Positions 46,900 through 61,800 of a stretch of 64,000 nucleotides of DNA are shown here, piece after piece (the stretch's first letter is position 1; each line of letters opens with the position of its first letter). The stretch lies in contig OZ024744.1 of assembly GCA_964016885.1 (NCBI GenBank), positions 123,194,001 through 123,258,000 on the forward strand, read 5' to 3'. Source of the DNA: Eledone cirrhosa (lineage: Eukaryota). The notes under the pieces were generated by a model, which was not told the origin of the DNA, did no database searches, and worked only from the letters and a program-made list of their open reading frames with translations. A program made the position numbers and the translations under genes.

Positions 46900-49800
46900 G
46901 ATCAACGATACATAACAGTTACAGTTTTACTGGTTAACTCCCAACATAAGTTTTACTAGTTAACTCTCAACATAACAGTTTTACTAGTTACCTCCCAGCA
47001 TAACAGTTTTACTAGTTAAGTATCAACATAAGAGTTATAGTTTTACTAGTTAACTATCAACATAACAGTTTTACTAGTTAATTATCAACATAACTGTTAT
47101 AGATTTACTAGTTAACTATCAACATAACAGTTTTACTAGTTAACTCACAATATAACAGTTTTACTAGTTAACTATCAGCAAAACAGTTTTACTAGTTAAC
47201 TATCAACATAACAGTTTTACTAGTTACCTCTCAGCATAACAGTTTTGCTAGGTAACTATCAACATAACAGATATAGTTTTACTGGTTAACTCTGAACATA
47301 ACAGTTTTACTAGTTAACTATCAACATAAACAGTTATAGTTTTACTAGTTAACTCTCAACATAAAAGTTTTACTAGTTAACTCGCAACATAACATTTTAC
47401 TAGTAAACTCTCAACATAAATGTTTTACTAGTTAACTATTAACTTAAGAGATATAGTTTTACTGGTTAACTCTCAACATAACAGTTTTACTAGTTACCTC
47501 TCAGCATAACAGTTTTGCTAATTAACTATCAACATAACAGTTTTACGAGTTAACTATCAACATAATTAGTTTTACTAGCTAACTATCAACATAACAGATA
47601 TAGTTTTACTAGTTAACTATCAACATAGTATTTTTTACTACGTAACTCTCAACATAACAGTTTTACTAGTTAACTCTCAACATAAAAGTTTTACTATTTA
47701 ACTAGCAACATAAGAGTTTTACTAGTTAACTCGCAACATAACAGTTTTACGTGTTAACTCTCAGCATAACAGTTATAGATGTACTAGTTAACTATCAACA
47801 TAAAAGATATAGTTTTACTAGCTATCAACATAAATTATAGTTTTACTAGTTAGCAATCAACATAGCAGTTTTACTAGTTAACTATCAACATAACAGTTAT
47901 GGTTTTACTAGTTAACACACAAGATAACAGTTTTACTAGTTAACTCTCAGCATAACAGTTTTACTAGTTAACTCGTAACATAACATTTTACTAGTTAACT
48001 ATCAACATAACATATATAGTTTTACTAGTTAACTCTGCAAATAATAGTTTTACTAGTTAACTATCAACATAACAGTTATAGTTTTACTAGTTAACTCTCA
48101 ACATAACAGTTTTGCTAGTTAACTATCAACATAACACTTTTACTAGTTAAGTACTAACATAACAGTTATAGTTTTACTAGTTAACTATCAACATAACAGT
48201 TTTACTAGTCAACTCTCAACATAACAGTTTTACTAGTTAACTCTCAGCATAAAAGTTTTACTAGTTAACTATCAACATAACAGTTTTAACAGATAACTAT
48301 CAACATAACAGTTATAGTTATACAAGTTACCTAATACCATGAGAGTTTTACTAGTTAACTATCGACATAACAGTTATAGATTTACTAGTTAACTATCAAG
48401 ATAGTAGTTTTACTAGTTAACTCTCAACATAACAATTTTACTAGTTAACTCGCAACATAACAGTTTTACTAGTTAACTCGCAGCATAACACTTTTGCTAG
48501 TTAACTATCAACATAACAGTTATAGATTTACTAATTAACTCTCAACATAACAGTATACTAGTTAACTCTCAGCATAACAGCTTTACTAGATAACTATCAA
48601 CATAACAGTTTTACTATTTAACTATCAACATAACATAGTTTTACTGGTTAACTCTCAACATAACAGTTTTACTAGTTAACTCTCAACATAGAAATGTTAC
48701 TAGTTAACTCGCAACATAACAGTTTTACTAGTTAACCCGCAACATAACAGTTTTGCTAGTTAACTATCAACATAACAGTCATAGTTTTACTAATTAACTC
48801 TCAACATAACAGTTTTACTAGTTAACTCTCAGCATAACAGCTTTACTAGTTAATTATACACATAACAGTTTTACTATTTAACTATCAACATAACAGATAG
48901 TTTTACTGGTTAACTCTCAACATAACAGTTTCAATAGTTAACTATCAACATAACAGTCATAATTTTACTAGGTAACTATCAACAAAGTAGTTTTACTAGT
49001 TAACTCTCAACATAACAGTTTTACTAGTTAAGTCTCAGCATAACAGCTTTACTAGTTGATTATCAACATAACAGTTTCACTAGTTAACTATCAACATAAC
49101 AGTTTTACTAGTTAACTATCAACATAACAGTTATAGTTTTACTAGTTAACTATCAACATAACAGTTATAGTTTTACTAGTTAACTATCAACATAACAGTT
49201 TTACTAGTTAACACTGAACATAACAGTTTTATTAGTTAACTATCAACATAACAGTTATAGCTTTAATAGTTAACTCTCAACATAACAGTTTTACTAGTTA
49301 ACTCGCAACGTAACAGTTTTACTGGTTAACTCTCAACATAACAGTTTTACTAGTTAACTATCAGCATAAAAGCTTTGATAGTTAACTATCAACATAAAAG
49401 TTTTAATAGTTAACTATCAACATAACAGTTATAGTTTTACGAGTTAACTCTCAACATAGTAGTTTTACTAGTTAACTCTCAGCATAACAGCTTTACTAGC
49501 TAACTATCAACATAACAGTTTTACTATTTAACTATCAACATAACAGATAGTTTTACTGGTTAACTCTCAACATAACTATTTGACTAGTTAACTATCAACA
49601 TAAGTGTTATAGTTTTACTAGGTAACTATCAACATAGTAGTTTTACTAGTTAACTCTCAACATAACAGTTTTACTAGTTAACTCGTAACGTAACAGTTTT
49701 ACTAGTTAACTCTCAACATAACAGTTTTACTAGTTAACTCTCAGCATAAAACTTTTGCTAGTTAACTATCAATATAACAGTTTTACTAGTTAACTATAAA

Positions 49801-52800
49801 CATAACATTTATAGTTTTACTAGTTAACTATCAACATAACAGTTATAGTTTTACTAGTTAACTCTCAACATAAAAGTTATACTAGTTAACTCTCAATATT
49901 AGTTTTACTAGTTAACTCACAACATAACAATTTTAGAAGTTAACTCTCAGCGTATCAATTTTGCTAGTTAACTATCAACATAATAGTTGTACTAGTTAAC
50001 TATCAACATAACAGTTATGGTTTTACTAGTTAATTTTCAACATAACAGTTTTACTAGTTAACTCACAATATAACAGTTTTACTAGTTAACTCACAATATA
50101 ACAGTTTTACTAGTTAACTATCAGCATAACAGTTTTACTAGTTAACTATCAACATAACAATTTTACTAGTTAACTCTCAACATAACAGTTTTACTAGTTA
50201 CCTCTCAGCATAACAGTTTTGCTAGTTAACTATCAACATAACAGTTATAGATTTACTAGTTAACTATCAACATAACAGTTTTACTAGTTAACTCTCAACA
50301 TAACAGTTTTACTAGTTAACTCGCAACATAACAATTTTACTAGTTAACTCTCAACATAACAGTTTTACTAGTTAACTGTCAGCATAAAACTTTTGCTAGT
50401 TAACTATCAATATAACAGTTTTACTAGTTAACTATACACATAACATTTATAGTTTTACTAGTTAACTATCAACATAACAGTTATAGTTTTACTAGTTAAC
50501 TCTCAACATAAAAGTTATACTAGTTAACTCTCAATATTAGTTTTACTAGTTAACACACAACATAACAATTTTAGAAGTTAACTCTCAGCGTATCAATTTT
50601 GCTAGTTAACTATCAACATAATAGTTGTACTAGTTAACTATCAACATAACAGTTATAGTTTTACTAGTTAATTATCAACATAACAGTTTTACTAGTTAAC
50701 CCACAATATAAGTTTTACTAGTTAACTATCAGCATAACAGTTTTACTAGTTAACTATCAACATAACAATTTTACTAGTTAACTCTCAACATAACAGTTTT
50801 ACTAGTTACCTCTCAGCATAACAGTTTTGCTAGTTAACTATCAACATAACAGTTATAGATTTACTAGTCAACTATCAACATAACAGTTTTACTAGTTAAC
50901 TCACAATATAACAGTTTTACTAGTTAACTCACCACATAAAGGTTTTACTAGTTAACTATCAACATAAAAGATAGTTTTACTAGCTAACTATCAACATAAC
51001 AGTTATAGTTTTACTAGTTAGCAATCAACATAGCAGTTTTACTAGTTAACTATCAACATAACAGTTATAGGTTTACTAGTTACATATCAACATAACAGTT
51101 TTATTAGTTAACTCTCAACATAAGTTTTACTAGTTAACTCTCAAGATAACAGTTTTACTAGTTAACTAGTAACATAACATTTTACTAGTTAACTATCAAC
51201 ATAACAGATATAGTTTTACTAATTAACTCTGAACATAACAGTTTTACTAGTTAACTATCAACATAACAGTTATAGTTTTACTAGTTAACTCTCAACATAA
51301 TAGTTTTACTAGTTAACTGGCAACATAACAGTTTTACTAGTTAAATCTCAACATAACAGTTTTACTAGTTAACTCTCATGATAACAGTTTTGCTATTTAA
51401 CTTTCAACATAACAGTTTTACTAGTTAACTATCAACATAACAGTTTTACTAGTTAACTATCAGCATAACAGATATAGTTTTACTAGTTTAACTCTCAACA
51501 TAAGAGTTTTACTAGTTAACTATCAACATAACAGTTATAGTTTTACTAGTTAACTCTCAACATAATAGTTTTACTAGTTAACTCACAACATAAAAGTTAT
51601 ACTAGTTAACTCTCAAGATAATAATTTTACTAGTTAACTCACAACATAACACTTTTACTAGTTAACTCTCAGCATAACAGTTTTGCTATTTAACTATCAA
51701 CATAATAGTTTTACTAGTTAAGTACTAACATAACAGTTATACTTTTACTAATTAACTATCAACATAACAGTTTTACTAGTTAACTCACAACATAACAGCT
51801 TTACTAGTTAACTCTCAACATAAAAGTTTTACTAGTTAATTCTCAGCATAAAGGTTTTACTAGTTAACTCTCAGCTAGTTAACTCTTTGTTAGTTAACTA
51901 TCTTTACTAGTTAACTCTTTGTTAGTTAACTATCAACATGAGAGTTTTACTAGTTAACTATCAACATAAAAGATATAGTTTTACTAGCTATCAACATAAC
52001 AGTTATAGTTTTACTAGTTAGCAATCAACATAGCAGTTTTACCAGTTAACTATCAACATAACGGTTATAGTTTTACTAGTTACATAGCAGAACAGTTTTA
52101 TTAGTTAACTCTCAACATAACAATTTTACTAGTTACCTCTCAAGATAACAGTTTTACTAGTTAACTCTCAGCATAACAGTTTTACTAGTTAACTATCAAC
52201 ATAACAGTTTTACTAGTTAACTCGTAACATAACATTTTACTAGTTAACTATCAACATAACAGTTAGTTTTACTAGTTAACTCTCAACATAATAGTTTTAC
52301 TAGTTAACTCGCAACATAACAGTTTTACGAGTTAACTCTCAACATTATAGTTTTACTAGTTAACTCGCAACATAACAGTTTTACTAGTTAACTCTCAACA
52401 TAACAGTTGTACTAGTTAACTCTCAAAATAACAGTTTTGCTATTTAACTTTCAACATAACAGTTTTACTAGTTAACTATCAACATAACAGTTTTACTAGA
52501 TAACTATCAACATAACAGTTTTACTAGTTAACTCTCAGCATAACAGTTTTACTAGTTAACTCGTAACATAACATTTTACTAGTTAACTATCAACATAACA
52601 TATATAGCTTTACTAGTTAACTCTGCAAATAATAGTTTTACTAATTAACTATCAACATAACAGTTATAGTTTTACTAGTTAACTCTCAACATAACAGTTT
52701 TGCTAGTTAACTATCAACATAACACTTTTACTAGTTAAGTACTAACATAACAGTTATAGTTTTACTAGTTAACTATCAACATAACAGTTTTACTAGTCAA

Positions 52801-55800
52801 CTCTCAACATAACAGTTTTACTAGTTAACTCTCAGCATAAAAGTTTTACTAGTTAACTATCAACATAACAGTTTTAACAGATAACTATCAACATAACAGT
52901 TATAGTTATACAAGTTACCTAATACCATGAGAGTTTTACTAGTTAACTATCGACATAACAGTTATAGATTTACTAGTTAACTATCAAGATAGTAGTTTTA
53001 CTAGTTAACTCTCAACATAACAATTTTACTAGTTAACTCGCAACATAACAGTTTTACTAGTTAACTCGCAGCATAACACTTTTGCTAGTTAACTATCAAC
53101 ATAACAGTTATAGATTTACTAATTAACTCTCAACATAACAGTATACTAGTTAACTCTCAGCATAACAGCTTTACTAGATAACTATCAACATAACAGTTTT
53201 ACTATTTAACTATCAACATAACATATAGTTTTACTGGTTAACTCTCAACATAACAGTTTTACTAGTTAACTCTCAACATAGAAATGTTACTAGTTAACTC
53301 GCAACATAACAGTTTTACTAGTTAACCCGCAACATAACAGTTTTGCTAGTTAACTATCAACATAACAGTCATAGTTTTACTAATTAACTCTCAACATAAC
53401 AGTTTTACTAGTTAACTCTCAGCATAACAGCTTTACTAGTTAATTATACACATAACAGTTTTACTATTTAACTATCAACATAACAGATAGTTTTACTGGT
53501 TAACTCTCAACATAACAGTTTCAATAGTTAACTATCAACATAACAGTCATAATTTTACTAGGTAACTATCAACAAAGTAGTTTTACTAGTTAACTCTCAA
53601 CATAACAGTTTTACTAGTTAAGTCTCAGCATAACAGCTTTACTAGTTGATTATCAACATAACAGTTTCACTAGTTAACTATCAACATAACAGTTTTACTA
53701 GTTAACTATCAACATAACAGTTATAGTTTTACTAGTTAACTATCAACATAACAGTTTTACTAGTTAACTCTGAACATAACAGTTTTATTAGTTAACTATC
53801 AACATAACAGTTATAGTTTTAATAGTTAACTCTCAACATAACAGTTTTACTAGTTAACTCGCAACGTAACAGTTTTACTGGTTAACTCTCAACATAACAG
53901 TTTTACTAGTTAACTATCAGCATAAAAGCTTTGATAGTTAACTATCAACATAAAAGTTTTAATAGTTAACTATCAACATAACAGTTATAGTATTACGAGT
54001 TAACTCTCAACATAGTAGTTTTACTAGTTAACTCTCTGCATAACAGCTTTACTAGCTAACTATCAACATAACAGTTTTACTATTTAACTATCAACATAAC
54101 AGATAGTTTTACTGGTTAACTCTCAACATAACTATTTGACTAGTTAACTATCAACATAAGTGTTATAGTTTTACTAGATAACTATCAACATAGTAGTTTT
54201 ACTAGTTAACTCTCAACATAACAGTTTTACTAGTTAACTCGCAACGTAACAGTTTTACTAGTTAACTATCAACATAATTAGTTTTACTAGCTAACTATCA
54301 ACATAACAGATATAGTTTTACTAGTTAACTATCAACATAGTATTTTTTACTACGTAACTCTCAACATAACAGTTTTACTAGTTAACTCTCAACATAAAAG
54401 TTTTACTATTTAACTAGCAACATAAGAGTTTTACTAGTTAACTCGCAACATAACAGTTTTACGTGTTAACTCTCAGCATAACAGATATAGATGTACTAGT
54501 TAACTATCAACATAAAAGATATAGTTTTACTAGCTATCAACATAAGTTATAGTTTTACTAGTTAGCAATCAACATAGCAGTTTTACTAGTTAACTATCAA
54601 CATAACAGTTATGGTTTTACTAATTACATATCAACATAACAGTTTTACTAGTTAACACACAAGATAACAGTTTTACTAGTTAACTCTCAGCATAACAGTT
54701 TTACTAGTTAACTCGTAACATAACATTTTACTAGTTAACTATCAACATAACATATATAGTTTTACTAGTTAACTCTGCAAATAATAGTTTTACTAGTTAA
54801 CTATCAACATAACAGTTATATTTTTACTAGTTAACTCTCAACATAACAGTTTTGCTAGTTAACTATCAACATAACACTTTTACTAGTTAAGTACTAACAT
54901 AACAGTTATAGTTTTACTAGTTAACTATCAACATAACACTTTTACTAGTTAAGTACTAACATAACAGTTATAGTTTTACTAGTTAACTATCAACATAACA
55001 GTTTTACTAGTCAATTCTCAACATAACAGTTTTACTAGTTAACTCTCAGCATAAAAGTTTTACTAGTTAACTATCAACATAACAGTTTTAACAGATAACT
55101 ATCAACATAACAGTTATAGTTATACAAGTTACCTAATACCATGAGAGTTTTACTAGTTAACTATCGACATAACAGTTATAGATTTACTAGTTAACTATCA
55201 AGATAGTAGTTTTACTAGTTAACTCTCAACATAACAATTTTACTAGTTAACTCGCAACATAACAGTTTTACTAGTTAACTCGCAGCATAACACTTTTGCT
55301 AGTTAACTATCAACATAACAGTTATAGATTTACTAATTAACTCTCAACATAACAGTATACTAGTTAACTCTCAGCATAACAGCTTTACTAGATAACTATC
55401 AACATAACAGTTTTACTATTTAACTATCAACATAACATATAGTTTTACTGGTTAACTCTCAACATAACAGTTTTACTAGTTAACTCTCAACATAGAAATG
55501 TTACTAGTTAACTCGCAACATAACAGTTTTACTAGTTAACCCGCAACATAACAGTTTTGCTAGTTAACTATCAACATAACAGTCATAGTTTTACTAATTA
55601 ACTCTCAACATAACAGTTTTACTAGTTAACTCTCAGCATAACAGCTTTACTAGTTAATTATACACATAACAGTTTTACTATTTAACTATCAACATAACAG
55701 ATAGTTTTACTGGTTAACTCTCAACATAACAGTTTCAATAGTTAACTATCAACATAACAGTCATAATTTTACTAGGTAACTATCAACAAAGTAGTTTTAC

Positions 55801-58800
55801 TAGTTAACTCTCAACATAACAGTTTTACTAGTTAAGTCTCAGCATAACAGCTTTACTAGTTGATTATCAACATAACAGTTTCACTAGTTAACTATCAACA
55901 TAACATATAGTTTTACTAGTTAACTATCAGCATAACAGTTATAGTTTTACTAGTTAACTATCAACATAACAGTTATAGTTTTACTAGTTAACTATCAACA
56001 TAACAGTTTTACTAGTTAACTCTGAACATAACAGTTTTATTAGTTAACTATCAACATAACAGTTATAGTTTTAATAGTTAACTCTCAACATAACAGTTTT
56101 ACTAGTTAACTCGCAACGTAACAGTTTTACTGGTTAACTCTCAACATAACAGTTTTACTAGTTAACTATCAGCATAAAAGCTTTGATAGTTAACTATCAA
56201 CATAAAAGTTTTAATAGTTAACTATCAACATAACAGTTATAGTATTACGAGTTAACTCTCAACATAGTAGTTTTACTAGTTAACTCTCTGCATAACAGCT
56301 TTACTAGCTAACTATCAACATAACAGTTTTACTATTTAACTATCAACATAACAGATAGTTTTACTGGTTAACTCTCAACATAACTATTTGACTAGTTAAC
56401 TATCAACATAAGTGTTATAGTTTTACTAGGTAACTATCAACATAGTAGTTTTACTAGTTAACTCTCAACATAACAGTTTTACTAGTTAAGTCTCAGCATA
56501 ACAGCTTTACTAGATAACTATCAACATAACAGTTTTACTATTTAACTATCAACATAACATATAGTTTTACTAGTTAACTATCAGCATAAAAGCTTTGATA
56601 GTTAACTATCAACATAAAAGTTTTAATAGTTAACTATCAACATAACAGTTATAGTATTACGAGTTAACTCTCAACATAGTAGTTTTACTAGTTAACTCTC
56701 TGCATAACAGCTTTACTAGCTAACTATCAACATAACAGTTTTACTATTTAACTATCAACATAACAGATAGTTTTACTGGTTAACTCTCAACATAACTATT
56801 TGACTAGTTAACTATCAACATAAGTGTTATAGTTTTACTAGATAACTATCAACATAGTAGTTTTACTAGTTAACTCTCAACATAACAGTTTTACTAGTTA
56901 ACTCGCAACGTAACAGTTTTACTAGTTAACTATCAACATAATTAGTTTTACTAGCTAACTATCAACATAACAGATATAGTTTTACTAGTTAACTATCAAC
57001 ATAGTATTTTTTACTACGTAACGCTCAACATAACAGTTTTACTAGTTAACTCTCAACATAAAAGTTTTACTATTTAACTAGCAACATAAGAGTTTTACTA
57101 GTTAACTCGCAACATAACAGTTTTACGTGTTAACTCTCAGCATAACAGATATAGATGTACTAGTTAACTATCAACATAAAAGATATAGTTTTACTAGCTA
57201 TCAACATAAGTTATAGTTTTACTAGTTAGCAATCAACATAGCAGTTTTACTAGTTAACTATCAACATAACAGTTATGGTTTTACTAATTACATATCAACA
57301 TAACAGTTTTACTAGTTAACACACAAGATAACAGTTTTACTAGTTAACTCTCAGCATAACAGTTTTACTAGTTAACTCGTAACATAACATTTTACTAGTT
57401 AACTATCAACATAACATATATAGTTTTACTAGTTAACTCTGCAAATAATAGTTTTACTAGTTAACTATCAACATAACAGTTATATTTTTACTAGTTAACT
57501 CTCAACATAACAGTTTTGCTAGTTAACTATCAACATAACACTTTTACTAGTTAAGTACTAACATAACAGTTATAGTTTTACTAGTTAACTATCAACATAA
57601 CACTTTTACTAGTTAAGTACTAACATAACAGTTATAGTTTTACTAGTTAACTATCAACATAACAGTTTTACTAGTCAATTCTCAACATAACAGTTTTACT
57701 AGTTAACTCTCAGCATAAAAGTTTTACTAGTTAACTATCAACATAACAGTTTTAACAGATAACTATCAACATAACAGTTATAGTTATACAAGTTACCTAA
57801 TACCATGAGAGTTTTACTAGTTAACTATCGACATAACAGTTATAGATTTACTAGTTAACTATCAAGATAGTAGTTTTACTAGTTAACTCTCAACATAACA
57901 ATTTTACTAGTTAACTCGCAACATAACAGTTTTACTAGTTAACTCGCAGCATAACACTTTTGCTAGTTAACTATCAACATAACAGTTATAGATTTACTAA
58001 TTAACTCTCAACATAACAGTATACTAGTTAACTCTCAGCATAACAGCTTTACTAGATAACTATCAACATAACAGTTTTACTATTTAACTATCAACATAAC
58101 ATATAGTTTTACTGGTTAACTCTCAACATAACAGTTTTACTAGTTAACTCTCAACATAGAAATGTTACTAGTTAACTCGCAACATAACAGTTTTACTAGT
58201 TAACCCGCAACATAACAGTTTTGCTAGTTAACTATCAACATAACAGTCATAGTTTTACTAATTAACTCTCAACATAACAGTTTTACTAGTTAACTCTCAG
58301 CATAACAGCTTTACTAGTTAATTATACACATAACAGTTTTACTATTTAACTATCAACATAACAGATAGTTTTACTGGTTAACTCTCAACATAACAGTTTC
58401 AATAGTTAACTATCAACATAACAGTCATAATTTTACTAGGTAACTATCAACAAAGTAGTTTTACTAGTTAACTCTCAACATAACAGTTTTACTAGTTAAG
58501 TCTCAGCATAACAGCTTTACTAGTTGATTATCAACATAACAGTTTCACTAGTTAACTATCAACATAACAGTTTTACTAGTTAACTATCAACATAACAGTT
58601 ATAGTTTTACTAGTTAACTATCAACATAACAGTTATAGTTTTACTAGTTAACTATCAACATAACAGTTTTACTAGTTAACTCTGAACATAACAGTTTTAT
58701 TAGTTAACTATCAACATAACAGTTATAGTTTTAATAGTTAACTCTCAACATAACAGTTTTACTAGTTAACTCGCAACGTAACAGTTTTACTGGTTAACTC

Positions 58801-61800
58801 TCAACATAACAGTTTTACTAGTTAACTATCAGCATAAAAGCTTTGATAGTTAACTATCAACATAAAAGTTTTAATAGTTAACTATCAACATAACAGTTAT
58901 AGTATTACGAGTTAACTCTCAACATAGTAGTTTTACTAGTTAACTCTCTGCATAACAGCTTTACTAGCTAACTATCAACATAACAGTTTTACTATTTAAC
59001 TATCAACATAACAGATAGTTTTACTGGTTAACTCTCAACATAACTATTTGACTAGTTAACTATCAACATAAGTGTTATAGTTTTACTAGGTAACTATCAA
59101 CATAGTAGTTTTACTAGTTAACTCTCAACATAACAGTTTTACTAGTTAACTCGCAACGTAACAGTTTTACTAGTTAACTATCAACATAATTAGTTTTACT
59201 AGCTAACTATCAACATAACAGATATAGTTTTACTAGTTAACTATCAACATAGTATTTTTTACTACGTAACTCTCAACATAACAGTTTTACTAGTTAACTC
59301 TCAACATAAAAGTTTTACTATTTAACTAGCAACATAAGAGTTTTACTAGTTAACTCGCAACATAACAGTTTTACGTGTTAACTCTCAGCATAACAGTTAT
59401 AGATGTACTAGTTAACTATCAACATAAAAGATATAGTTTTACTAGCTATCAACATAAGTTATAGTTTTACTAGTTAGCAATCAACATAGCAGTTTTACTA
59501 GTTAACTATCAACATAACAGTTATGGTTTTACTAATTACATATCAACATAACAGTTTTACTAGTTAACACACAAGATAACAGTTTTACTAGTTAACTCTC
59601 AGCATAACAGTTTTACTAGTTAACTCGTAACATAACATTTTACGAGTTAACTATCAACATAACATATATAGTATTACTAGTTAACTCTGCAAATAATAGT
59701 TTTACTAGTTAACTATCAACATAACAGTTATATTTTTACTAGTTAACTCTCAACATAACAGTTTTGCTAGTTAACTATCAACATAACACTTTTACTAGTT
59801 AAGTACTAACATAACAGTTATAGTTTTACTAGTTAACTATCAACATAACAGTTTTACTAGTCAATTCTCAACATAACAGTTTTACTAGTTAACTCTCAGC
59901 ATAAAAGTTTTACTAGTTAACTATCAACATAACAGTTTTAACAGATAACTATCAACATAACAGTTATAGTTATACAAGTTACCTAATACCATGAGAGTTT
60001 TACTAGTTAACTATCGACATAACAGTTATAGATTTACTAGTTAACTATCAAGATAGTAGTTTTACTAGTTAACTCTCAACATAACAATTTTACTAGTTAA
60101 CTCGCAACATAACAGTTTTACTAGTTAACTCGCAGCATAACACTTTTGCTAGTTAACTATCAACATAACAGTTATAGATTTACTAATTAACTCTCAACAT
60201 AACAGTATACTAGTTAACTCTCAGCATAACAGCTTTACTAGATAACTATCAACATAACAGTTTTACTATTTAACTATCAACATAACAGATAGTTTTACTG
60301 GTTAACTCTCAACATAACAGTTTTACTAGTTAACTCTCAACATAGAAATGTTACTAGTTAACCCGCAACATAACAGTTTTGCTAGTTAACTATCAACATA
60401 ACAGTCATAGTTTTACTAATTAACTCTCAACATAACAGTTTTACTAGTTAACTCTCAGCATAACAGCTCTACTAGTTAATTATACACATAACAGTTTTAC
60501 TATTTAACTATCAACATAACAGATAGTTTTACTGGTTAACTCTCAACATAACTATTTGACTAGTTAACTATCAACATAAGTGTTATAGTTTTACTAGGTA
60601 ACTATCAACATAGTAGTTTTACTAGTTAACTCTCAACATAACAGTTTTACTAGTTAACTCGCAACGTAACAGTTTTACTAGTTAACTCTCAACATAACAG
60701 TTTTACTAGTTAACTCTCAGCATAAAACTTTTGCTAGTTAACTATCAATATAACAGTTTTACTAGTTAACTATAAACATAACATTTATAGTTTTACTAGT
60801 TAACTATCAACATAACAGTTATAGTTTTACTAGTTAACTCTCAACATAAAAGTTATACTAGTTAACTCTCAATATTAGTTTTACTAGTTAACTCACAACA
60901 TAACAATTTTAGAAGTTAACTCTCAGCGTATCAATTTTGCTAGTTAACTATCAACATAATAGTTGTACTAGTTAACTATCAACATAACAGTTATAGTTTT
61001 AGTAGTTAATTATCAACATAACAGTTTTACTAGTTAACTCACAATATAACAGTTTTACTAGTTAACTATCAGCATAACAGTTTTACTAGTTAACTATCAA
61101 CATAACAATTTTACTAGTTAACTCTCAACATAACAGTTTTACTAGTTACCTCTCAGCATAACAGTTTTGCTAGTTAACTATCAACATAACAGTTATAGAT
61201 TTACTGGTTAACTATCAACATAACAGTTTTACTAGTTAACTATCAACATAACAGTTATAGGTTTACTAGTTACATATCAACATAACAGTTTTACTAGTTA
61301 ACTCTCAACATAACAGTTTTACTAGTTAACTGTCAGCATAAAACTTTTGCTAGTTAACTATCAATATAACAGTTTTACTAGTTAATTATACACATAACAT
61401 TTATAGTTTTACTAGTTAACTATCAACATAACAGTTATAGTTTTACTAGTTAACTCTCAACATAAAAGTTATACTAGTTAACTCTCAATATTAGTTTTAC
61501 TAGTTAACACACAACATAACAATTTTAGAAGTTAACTCTCAGCGTATCAATTTTGCTAGTTAACTATCAACATAATAGTTGTACTAGTTAACTATCAACA
61601 TAACAGTTATAGTTTTACTAGTTAATTATCAACATAACAGTTTTACTAGTTAACCCACAATATAACAGTTTTACTAGTTAACTATCAGCATAACAGTTTT
61701 ACTAGTTAACTATCAACATAACAATTTTACTAGTTAACTCTCAACATAACAGTTTTACTAGTTACCTCTCAGCATAACAGTTTTGCTAGTTAAATATCAA

